The notes beneath the pieces were generated by a model. It searched no databases and was not told where the DNA came from. It saw only the letters and a program-made list of their open reading frames with translations. DNA of 64,000 nt from Porphyridium purpureum (Eukaryota), in contig VRMN01000001.1 of NCBI GenBank assembly GCA_008690995.1, positions 992,001 to 1,056,000 of the forward strand, in the 5' to 3' direction. The first letter of the stretch is position 1. Every line of letters begins with the position of its first letter. This document shows, one piece after another, positions 1 to 8,581 of this stretch. A program made the position numbers and the translations under genes.

Positions 1-1
1 T

Positions 2-2098
2 GCGCGTGACGTTCTGCTTCTTCGCGACGACGATGAGTCGCGCCGCAGCAGTCGTCGCCTGATCAACTGGGAGGGTTCTTCACAAAATCTCAAGAGCTGG
101 CTGGATAACCATCCCACTAGCGTAGTTCTGGCTACAGGCTTCATTGCGCGCATGCCGGACGGCGTGTCGAGCACGTTGGGCCGTAATGGCAGCGACCACT
201 CGGCGACATGCTTTGCAAGCATGCTGCGAGCGGCTGTATGCGAGATCTGGACTGATGTGGACGGCGTGTACTCTGCGGATCCGCGGCAAGTTCCGGATGC
301 TAGACTGATTGACTCGCTGAGCTACAAGGAGGCCAGCGAGCTTGCGTATTTTGGTGCCAAAGTGCTGCACCCGGACTGCATGTCGCCTCTTGTGAACGAC
401 TCGATTCCTTTGCGCATTCGAAACAGCTACAACCCAGAAGGGCTTGGCACTCTCGTGCGAGAGGACCGGTTGCTTTCCGACGCGGAAGTCAAGGTGACCG
501 ATCGCAGTGTTGGCGTCAAAGGCTTCTCGATCATGAACGATGTCGCACTAATCAATGTGGAAGGTGCCGGCATGATTGGCGTTCCGGGCATTGCCGGTCG
601 TATGTTCAATGCTTTGTTTGAGGCCAACGTGAGCTGTATCTTCATTTCTCAGGCTAGTTCAGAGTACTCAATCTGCTGCGGAGTGTCTGGTTCCGCGGTA
701 CAGGTGGCCAAGAACGCCATTCAGCGAGCCTTCCGTTTTGAGCTGGAAGAGAGAATTATCTCGGCCGTGACCATCGTGCCGGACGTGAGCATCCTCGCTT
801 TGGTGGGAGAGAATATGCAGCGCATTCCGGGAGTCGCGTCGCGGCTCTTTCAGAGCCTCTCGAACGTTGGCATCAGCGCCATTGCCATGGCGCAGGGCTC
901 ATCAGAGCGTAATTTGTCCGTTGTGGTTCGTGGCATTGACGCCAAGCGCGCGCTGCAGGCCGCGCACTCGTCGTTCTACCTGTCGCGGCTCCCGATCGCC
1001 GTAGGAATCATTGGCCCGGGTCTCGTCGGGGGCGTCCTATTGCTGCAGATCCAGGAACAAGCGGATCAGCTCGCGCGCGAGTTTGGCGTTCAGTTGCAGG
1101 TGCATGGGATTACGACATCGAGCAAGATGTTGCTCTCTGCCGCCACCGATGTGGAGGGCATCAATTTGAGCAAGTGGAAGAGCGACTTTGAGGATGCAGC
1201 CGGGCCTTCTAATATGGACCGCTTTGTAGAGCACTTGAAGCAAAGATCGCCCCATGTGGTGCTGTGTGACTGTACGGCATCGGAGGTGGTATCCGGCTTC
1301 TATGAAAATTGGCTCTCGCAAGGCTTGAACATTGTAACGCCGAATAAGAAGGCCAACTCTTCAAGCATGCAGCAGTACAAGAATCTTCGCCGCGCTCAGC
1401 TCGCGGGCAACCATTCGCACTTTTTCTATGAAGCCAACGTGGGCGCGGGCTTGCCCGTGATTTCAACGATGCGCGATCTGCTTCGCACCGGTGACAAGTT
1501 TCTGGAGATTGAAGGGATTTTTTCAGGAACACTCAGCTACATCTTTAATGAGTTTGACGGCTCGCGTCCCTTTTCTGAAATCGTTGGCCTGGCAAAGGAG
1601 CAAGGATACACCGAGCCAGACCCGCGCGACGACTTGTCAGGTATGGACGTAGCTCGCAAGGTTTGCATCTTAGCGCGAGAGATTGGGCTCGAAGTTGAGC
1701 TTGACCAAGTACCTGTGAAGAGCTTGGTACCGGACGAGCTCGCCGGCTCGGACGTGTCGATTGCCACCTTCATGGAAAGGCTACCCGAGTTTGATGGCAA
1801 CCTCGCCCAGATGGCGAGCGAGGCGGCACAGAAGCAAGAGCGCTTAAGGTACGTGGGTGTTATCGACGCCGTCAACAAGAAGTGCCGCGTCGAACTCCGT
1901 ACGTACCCGGAGACACATCCCTTTGGCGCGTTGAAAGGCTCAGACAATATTGTTCTGTTCCGTACTGTCCGGTACGACGCCCAGCCGTTGACCATCCGCG
2001 GTCCCGGGGCCGGGGCCGCAGTCACCGCCGCAGGCGTGTTTGGCGATGTCTTGCGCTTAGCGGCGTACCTGGGAGCGCCTTCAGCTGCCGATCTATGA
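2..2098 (+). CDS. thrA: Bifunctional aspartokinase/homoserine dehydrogenase, 5'-truncated by the window edge
   Basis: Frame is open from position 2. AK motifs TLGRNGSD and WTDVDGVYSADPR, two ACT domains (QASSE, QGSSE), HSDH motifs GPGLVG, TPNKK, YEANVGAGLP, GYTEPDPRDDLSG and GPGAG. Confidence 0.95.
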   Translation, partial: ARDVLLLRDDDESRRSSRRLINWEGSSQNLKSWLDNHPTSVVLATGFIARMPDGVSSTLGRNGSDHSATCFASMLRAAVCEIWTDVDGVYSADPRQVPDARLIDSLSYKEASELAYFGAKVLHPDCMSPLVNDSIPLRIRNSYNPEGLGTLVREDRLLSDAEVKVTDRSVGVKGFSIMNDVALINVEGAGMIGVPGIAGRMFNALFEANVSCIFISQASSEYSICCGVSGSAVQVAKNAIQRAFRFELEERIISAVTIVPDVSILALVGENMQRIPGVASRLFQSLSNVGISAIAMAQGSSERNLSVVVRGIDAKRALQAAHSSFYLSRLPIAVGIIGPGLVGGVLLLQIQEQADQLAREFGVQLQVHGITTSSKMLLSAATDVEGINLSKWKSDFEDAAGPSNMDRFVEHLKQRSPHVVLCDCTASEVVSGFYENWLSQGLNIVTPNKKANSSSMQQYKNLRRAQLAGNHSHFFYEANVGAGLPVISTMRDLLRTGDKFLEIEGIFSGTLSYIFNEFDGSRPFSEIVGLAKEQGYTEPDPRDDLSGMDVARKVCILAREIGLEVELDQVPVKSLVPDELAGSDVSIATFMERLPEFDGNLAQMASEAAQKQERLRYVGVIDAVNKKCRVELRTYPETHPFGALKGSDNIVLFRTVRYDAQPLTIRGPGAGAAVTAAGVFGDVLRLAAYLGAPSAADL

Positions 2099-2253
2099 GC
2101 TGGTCGTGCGGAAGTCGTTTGATTAAAGAGTTTGGGGTCATGGTAGTAGTGGCGTTTGTTTCCTTTGGAGGGTTTAGCTCAAACAGGTTGCGGCGGTAGC
2201 CCTTGTTCGCGCAGGTGCGGCTAGCAAGCTGAACGACTTTGTTTTCTCAGCAG

Positions 2254-2991
2254 ATGGAACGGGAGGCGCAGATCAGGGACATTGAACAGCGCTATGGGTT
2301 CACGCTTCGGCTCCCGTCACCAGACTGCTCGAGCGCGAAAGGACTGACCGTCCTGCTGGGCGGCGCGGCGATCCACGTTTCTGAGTACGAATCTACAATC
2401 CGTGTTCTCGTGGACGAGAAGCAATACGCTGTCATTGCGTTCAATCGCCTCGTCCCGCGTTTCTTTCGAGACTTTTTCAATGGGAAAACCCATGAAGCCA
2501 TGGCACGCGACGTCGTGGGAAGTGTGACGGAAGTCATGCAGTTATTCCCATTTCTCGGCGAGCAGTACTGCCTCGTGGGTCACAGCGTGGGCGGCAAAGT
2601 CGCCCTGTTGGTTGCCTCAAAGTACGAACAGCCAGCGCACCGCGTGAAAACCGTGCTGGCTCTGGATCCAGTTGACGGCAATCCATTGGAATTTACTTGC
2701 AATCCGGTGGCTGTTCCTCTTCAGAATTCACACGCAGCCCTGCATCTCACGCTCGCAGAGGTGAGCAGCTCCGGATCACCAGAAGGACAAAATGCAGAAG
2801 CGATACGAAAGGCGTGCACAGACCCATCGGCGATCAGCTCGTTCACTGTGCACAGAGGCGCGGGACATCTTTGTTGCACAGACCACGGCGGCGGCTGGCT
2901 GGCTTGGGCAGTTGTGCATCCCAAAGGCGAGGCTCACGAAAACGAGAGAGCCAAAGCCAATGCGCACGATATGATTCGAAAGCTTTTATGA
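2254..2991 (+). CDS. Alpha/beta hydrolase, chlorophyllase-like
   Basis: Nucleophile elbow GHSVGGK, LALDPVDG and a C-terminal AGH give a Ser-Asp-His arrangement as in chlorophyllases. First in-frame ATG is 2254. Confidence 0.65.
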   Translation: MEREAQIRDIEQRYGFTLRLPSPDCSSAKGLTVLLGGAAIHVSEYESTIRVLVDEKQYAVIAFNRLVPRFFRDFFNGKTHEAMARDVVGSVTEVMQLFPFLGEQYCLVGHSVGGKVALLVASKYEQPAHRVKTVLALDPVDGNPLEFTCNPVAVPLQNSHAALHLTLAEVSSSGSPEGQNAEAIRKACTDPSAISSFTVHRGAGHLCCTDHGGGWLAWAVVHPKGEAHENERAKANAHDMIRKLL

Positions 2992-3079
2992 GAAGGAGCG
3001 CAAGCATGGAATGCAAATAAGCATGCAGTGTGGCGCGGGGTGCGGCGTGGACCGTCACGTACGGCTCTATTTTTCCTTT

Positions 3080-4369
3080 TCAAAGTGCAATGCCGAGAGC
3101 GTCCTGAAAAGCCGCAGCGACTTCTGTGTCTGCAAAGTCATCCGCTTCGCTACCTTTCTGTGCAACTTGCATTGCAGTAAGCCCTGTGTTGTTCCGAATT
3201 TCATGGTCGGCGCCGCTTCTCAGTAAGATCTCGATACACTCTGCGTCGTCCCAACTTCTGCCCCAGACCGCCGCCATGTGAAGCGGCGTATCTCCGTCTG
3301 AGGTTTTGTCGTTCACTCGGGCGCCATTCTCGACCAATATCTGGACAATGTCAAAGCGACCCCAGCGCGCCGCTTCGTGCAACGGTGAGGCGCAGCTGTC
3401 ACCTGCGGTTACATTGACGTCTGCACCAGCTCGCAAGAGCTCTTCCACAACGTCCTCATGCCCACCTCGCGCGGCTCGATGCAACGGTGTGTTGCCCTTG
3501 TCGTCTGGAAGTTGCGCATCAGCACGCGCAGTGAGAAGCTCGCGCACAATGTCGGCAAAGCCCAGGTAAGCGGCGCTCATAAGCGGCGTTTCGCCCTCTG
3601 CGTTGCGCGCGTTCACATGCGACACTGGTAGCATAACTTTGACTACCTCTTTGTTACCGGAATTCACTGCTTCGTGGAGCGGCGTGTTGCCAAACATGTG
3701 GACGGCGAGAGGATCGGCGCCCGCCTGCAACAATGCTTTAGCAGCGGCTGCGTGGCCACCCTTTCCTGCCCAGTGCAACGGTGTCCACCCAAACTTGTTC
3801 CGCGCTTGAATGAGCTCCTTTCTGGCCTCATCCGATCCTGCCCGCTGCAAGAGTAATTCAATCACGTTCGCATGACCCCAATGCGCCGCATGATGCATCG
3901 AGGATGACTCGAACTTGTTCACCGCCCGCACGTCCGCGCCGAAATCCAAGAGGAGCTGCACGTTCTCCTGATGCCCCGCGCGGCAGGCCCACATCAATGC
4001 CGTCCAACCGTCAGCGTTGCTCTCATTCGCGTCGCCTGGACTCTGCTCCAAGGCGGTGCGCAACGTGTCCAAGTCGCCTGCAAACGCTGACACGCTCACC
4101 ACGCCCTGCGGCTCATTCTTTTCCACACCCGCGACCGAAGCCGGCGGAGTGCTGGACGCCAACGACGACTCATCGTCCTCGCCCGTGGCACGCAAACTAT
4201 GCGGATGTGCGTCGGTCCGTCGCGAGCGGCAAGTACGAGGTGCACGCGCTCGCGCGACGACGAGGCCAGTGACCGAGCGCTCAACACCGCAAACACTCGC
4301 GCCTTGCCGACAGCAGCCGTTCTTCGAGAGCGCACAAGATCCCACGAAGGCCATGGCGAACGCAGGCAT
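3080..4369 (-). CDS. Ankyrin-repeat protein with probable plastid transit peptide
   Basis: Many GxT(P/A)LH/M ankyrin repeats. N-terminus is MAFV followed by an S/R/A/C-rich segment. Confidence 0.9.
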   Translation of the reverse strand: MPAFAMAFVGSCALSKNGCCRQGASVCGVERSVTGLVVARARAPRTCRSRRTDAHPHSLRATGEDDESSLASSTPPASVAGVEKNEPQGVVSVSAFAGDLDTLRTALEQSPGDANESNADGWTALMWACRAGHQENVQLLLDFGADVRAVNKFESSSMHHAAHWGHANVIELLLQRAGSDEARKELIQARNKFGWTPLHWAGKGGHAAAAKALLQAGADPLAVHMFGNTPLHEAVNSGNKEVVKVMLPVSHVNARNAEGETPLMSAAYLGFADIVRELLTARADAQLPDDKGNTPLHRAARGGHEDVVEELLRAGADVNVTAGDSCASPLHEAARWGRFDIVQILVENGARVNDKTSDGDTPLHMAAVWGRSWDDAECIEILLRSGADHEIRNNTGLTAMQVAQKGSEADDFADTEVAAAFQDALGIAL

Positions 4370-4602
4370 GAATCAACTGCTTTCCAACCCACACTAGCAC
4401 GCACCGCCAATCGTCTCTGCAGACTCGATCTCCTGCTGCTTCGCATGCGCGCGAACGCACCTCGTCGCCGGCGCCTGTGACAGGCTTTCCGTGGAAGTAC
4501 AGTAATTAGTGTACTTTGTCATCTGCACCAAATTGAGTTGAAGCAGAGCTCCATAAGCAAAGCCTTGAGCGCGGCTTGGAGCGAAAGGAGCCGTGAGGTG
4601 CC

Positions 4603-5530
4603 TTGGTAGATCGATGCCGCGAAGGAAACGAACGGACACGGCACATGCGGCCTTCGTGTCTTAATGAGGAACACCTAGCGCTCGCCAACGACGCCTTCAA
4701 GTACTTGGGTCAGAATAAGGCAGCTTCAGCACTGGAACTCAACGCATGTCTTGGCGCTACCTTCGTTGACTTTCGTGTCAGGCCTGAGCATCTAGGTCTC
4801 GCCGCTAAAGATGACTAGTTGACGCGGAGGCGCAAGAATCATGACGGTTATCCTGAGACGCATTGTCGAAACGCTGTCGACTGCAGCGACGCCCCGACGT
4901 GCTTCTGTGCGGCCACGTCCGGTCGCACCTTCGACAACATCGTCTCCACACACGACACGGTGTTTGCATAGTTCGTGTACTGGCCACAGAACATGTATGG
5001 TCTCGGCAACGAGTGCGTAGAGGTCACTCACGATAAGACGTCTTCACTGAGCACACGGTCGTCGCTGCATCCACCGGTAGCCACTGTCTGGGGTTGGTAG
5101 CCGATGAAGAAGGCGTTCTGAACCAAGAACGCTTCTTCGATCTCATCCAGGCTTTTCTCACCAAAAAGGTGGCTGAAGGGCTGCCTGATACTGTTCGAGA
5201 ATGCAGGAGAACGTGCAGGCGAGGCATTCAGCAATCTCACTGAGAATTTGACAAACAAGATGTGCTTTACTATTCTATGCAGTCCGCACATTAACGTCAT
5301 CCAGAATTGATTCACGCAGTTTAAGCACTGCATTGGTGACTTGCATACCACAAACTGCGAGAAAATCGCAAAAGCCTGCACGGACGTCTTCACTGAGATG
5401 AAGCCCCAGCACGGCTAGAAACACTTGGACAAGGCATATCGCAAGTATGACTACCCACAGACAAAGAAATACCGGGGTCAACAGGGAAGCACCTTCCAAA
5501 GAACAACAAAGTCGGTCCTGCAGAAAGCCC
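4603..5530 (+). pseudogene. Degenerate DD34E IS630/Tc1-type transposase
   Basis: Read across stops and frameshifts: NIVSTHDT (4936; cf. IISxDET), HTVVAAS..EEGVLNQERFFDLI, CLILFENAG (5182; cf. LILDNA), SPHINVIQN*FTQFK (5281; cf. P..N.IE..F.Q.K). Exactly 34 codons lie between the second (5197) and third (5302) catalytic positions. Confidence 0.72.
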
Positions 5531-5599
5531 TTCCCTGTAAGACGCGCGACATGCACATCATGAGGCTGAGGAGCTACCTTTAGGTGCAACACCGAGAGC

Positions 5600-6790
5600 A
5601 GATACGCTCGAAAGTGATCAGAGCCCTGAGTCTGAATAAGGACAGAGCATGACCCGGTTCACGTTGGACGACAATGCGGAAAGACAAGGACGCCTCGAAA
5701 CTGTTTTCGGAGATGCGTACCTTTAGTGGGTATAGAATGTGGGACAATTTGAAGTAACGCGAGCAGAATAAGTGACCGCTGAGGAGTTTGGTCAAGTTCC
5801 CGACACTCAACCACTACATGGCCCTCATCTGCGTTTATCGCATAGTGCGTCAAGAGAAGCGTACAACATGGTCGAAACGGTACGTGTTCATGTGAAATGC
5901 ACTGCAACAAGGGCTAATGTGGGCTCGCAGAACGTGTCTGCACCTCTCAAGTCAAATGTGCCTTCAAACGTTGAAGAAGGCACTTGCTCTTCTCGTCCCG
6001 AAGTATTAGAAGGTCAAGACTGGCCTCAAAACCAATAATCGAAAAAAAATTGTTGTCATCCAGAGGCTACCGGAACGTGCCGAGCATGATCAGGATGCAC
6101 GGCCTGCAGTTCTTGAGAATGCACGTCCTTCACTGTCGTGATGCCGATGCACAGTTCTTTTCTCTTGGGCAAGGAGTTCGTCAAGGAGGGGCTCAAGGCG
6201 TTATATAAGGACGGCACGCCAAGCAGGTCTACCACAGAGAAGACCACGACGACCAAACATGCATTGCGCGAAGTCTACAATCTGCTCAACAAGCCGGACG
6301 CTAGCAAAACGTGTACCACCCACACCAGAGCACAGCGATCGACTGCGTGACCGCCAGTTTGATCAAGATGTGTGAGAACAGCATGAAGGCACACGTCATC
6401 ACGTACATAGAGTGCTTCGATAACGTAACCAGAGGCAAGAAACAAGCGACGTTATAGCAAGTCCAGAGCGGCGGTCAAGGGCAAGCGTCAGTGCATGTTG
6501 TCGCACAAGGCGGGCTACCAGGAATGCATGATTGATGCGTTTTATGCTAGTTGCCTTTGTAGCTGCTGCGAGAAACTCGGAGAGTACAAAATGACCCTAC
6601 ATTGCAGGAACACAAGCCCGCACAGAAGAAAACGCAGCAGAGGTCATGGGCTCGTCCGGCCATTGGCTCGTCCGATTTCCGTGGAAGAGAGACAAGAAAG
6701 CAACCAGCAACATCAGGAAGATTGCTATCAATTCCATCTAGGGCATGGAGCGAACCGAGCCGATCCGAAGAAGAGATCAAGCCAGATACA
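5600..6790 (+). pseudogene. Degenerate Fanzor1 (eukaryotic TnpB-like RuvC nuclease); 5' limit uncertain
   Basis: VKGKRQCMLSHKAGYQECMIDAFYASCLCSCCE..RNTSPHR..HGLVR (6474-6660), then after a frameshift WKRDKKATSNIRKIAINSI*GMER (6682-6753). This matches the Fanzor1 pattern vDEfrTS-CxxC...hgll.C..C..WnRD.NaalNI..g..RP. Confidence 0.72.
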
Positions 6791-7043
6791 CCGTTGGGAG
6801 TAAAGCTCGCTCGAGTGGTCACAAGGCCTTCACCAAGCACTATAAACAGCCACGAGCAAAGTCTAAAGTCGAAGGAGATGAAATGCTTTTGACATTTGAA
6901 ATCCTCAATGTCTAAACGTAGTGTACGCTGCGGGCACCGGGAGTTGAGCAGAATCCTCCCATCCCGCAAATAGAGCGGCAGGATGAAGATTTCATTACGT
7001 TTATGGATTGCTCACCAATCATTAAGCGAAACACGAGTTTTCA

Positions 7044-8252
7044 TCACAGTTCCAAGACAATGCGACCGGCTACTTTTCCCTCCTTCATTTCCGCAAAGAC
7101 ATCGTTGAGGTCATCCAGGTGTTGGGTTCTGTAGATGGGCTTCACCTTACCTTGGGCGCAAAACTCAAGACACTCGGCGAGATCTTGACGCGTGCCAACA
7201 ATACTGCCGCGTACCGTGATACGCTTGAGAACCACGGGGAAAATCGGGATGCTAAAGTTACCGGGAGGCAGTGACACCAGCACAACGCACCCGTAGCGCT
7301 TGGACATCTGCACACAATCGTTAAAGACCTTGTTGCTGGTAGCCAGACAGAGCACACCCTCAGATCCTTTGCCGCCCGTGATCTTCAGCACTTCGTCTAC
7401 TGTGTTAGGCGTCGTGAGAAAGTCCACATAATGCGCGGCACCCAGCTTCTTGCACATGGCGCCCTTCTCCTCACCGCCATCTATGGCAATCACATTCATG
7501 CCCATCGCCTTAGCGTACTGAACGGCCAAGTGCCCAAGACCGCCGCCTGCGCCCACAATGGTTACATATTCGCCAGCCTTCACCTCGGACTCCTTGAGAG
7601 CCTTGTAGGTGGTCACACCGGCACAAAGAATCGGGGCCGCGTCGGCGTACGAGACGCCATCCGGGATGCGCGCCGCGTACTTGGCGTCAGCGATACAGTA
7701 CTCCTGGAAGGAGCCGTCCTTGGAGTATCCGCCGTTCTGCTGCTTCTCACACACGGTCTCATTGCCCTTGATGCAATGCTCACACTCGCCGCAAGCCGAG
7801 TAAAGCCACACAATGCCAACACGGTCACCGATTTTCAGCGACGTCACGCCGTCCCCGACAGCAACAACCTCACCGGCACCTTCGTGTCCGCCCGTCAGCG
7901 GTTTCTTGGGTGGAACTGGCCAATCGCCATCCTTTGCATGGAGGTCTGTGTGGCACACGCCCGTGACATGCACCTTCATGAGGATTTCACCTTTACCTGG
8001 GCTGGGCATCGGCACCTGCTTGAACACGTAGTCTGCGCCATTGCCCTCTGTTACGGCCGCCTTGTAAGTTTCTGGCAACTCCCCGCTCATGCGCACGAGC
8101 CGGCGAGACACGAGGCGAGCGTTGCGGGGGATGCCGAGCGAGCGACATCCCGCACGCGCGCGAACGCCGTGACTCACGACCGCGCCAGACCCGCATTTCC
8201 TGCGTGTCGCGGCTGAATCAAGAGCCTGCGCGCCGCACTGCGCGAACGCCAT
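7044..8252 (-). CDS. adh: Zn-dependent alcohol dehydrogenase (AdhP/yeast ADH type) with probable plastid transit peptide
   Basis: GVCHTDLH, GHEGAG, structural Zn CGECEHC..C, PILCAGVT, GAGGGLG. ATG 8252 starts MAF plus an R/S-rich leader. Confidence 0.93.
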   Translation of the reverse strand: MAFAQCGAQALDSAATRRKCGSGAVVSHGVRARAGCRSLGIPRNARLVSRRLVRMSGELPETYKAAVTEGNGADYVFKQVPMPSPGKGEILMKVHVTGVCHTDLHAKDGDWPVPPKKPLTGGHEGAGEVVAVGDGVTSLKIGDRVGIVWLYSACGECEHCIKGNETVCEKQQNGGYSKDGSFQEYCIADAKYAARIPDGVSYADAAPILCAGVTTYKALKESEVKAGEYVTIVGAGGGLGHLAVQYAKAMGMNVIAIDGGEEKGAMCKKLGAAHYVDFLTTPNTVDEVLKITGGKGSEGVLCLATSNKVFNDCVQMSKRYGCVVLVSLPPGNFSIPIFPVVLKRITVRGSIVGTRQDLAECLEFCAQGKVKPIYRTQHLDDLNDVFAEMKEGKVAGRIVLEL

Positions 8253-8581
8253 AACCACGCCGAGCGCACACGGGCATACGGACCTCCTGTCACCCACACA
8301 GACCCAAACACACTAAACATCCCCAGCGTCGTGTGGGAACGCCATCCGCGAACGGAAAGCACGTTCTCAGTGTACACTACTCAGGCAGGAGGTTCAGTGT
8401 ATTGGGCCACGTCATGAGCTGTACCCCGGTGAACGTGCACTGTACCGCGACCAGAGCGTGCCGCCCGCGCTTCCGACGACTGCGTGCTGCGTGCTGCGGG
8501 CGGCGGCGTGTGCGTGTGTGTGGGAGAGACACGCGGGAAGATCGGCGCAACTGCTGCGGTCGTTCGGCATCAGTATGCGCC

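Larger units (their letters stand above)
4600..6925 (+). mobile_element. Decayed composite DNA transposon: IS630/Tc1-mariner transposase + Fanzor1; boundaries approximate
   Basis: Two same-strand pseudogenes in tandem between host genes. A hairpin at 6887-6916 and ...GTGTA at 6921-6925 may mark the right end. The left TIR was not identified. Confidence 0.65.

Noticed and set aside
4490..4530. Left TIR of the Fanzor composite
   Set aside because: No convincing inverted match to the candidate right end at ~6905-6925.
8333..8581. N-terminal ORF-track extensions from GTG/TTG starts (also 20675, 33928, 46526, 59537)
   Set aside because: Eukaryotic locus; downstream ATGs give more plausible starts.
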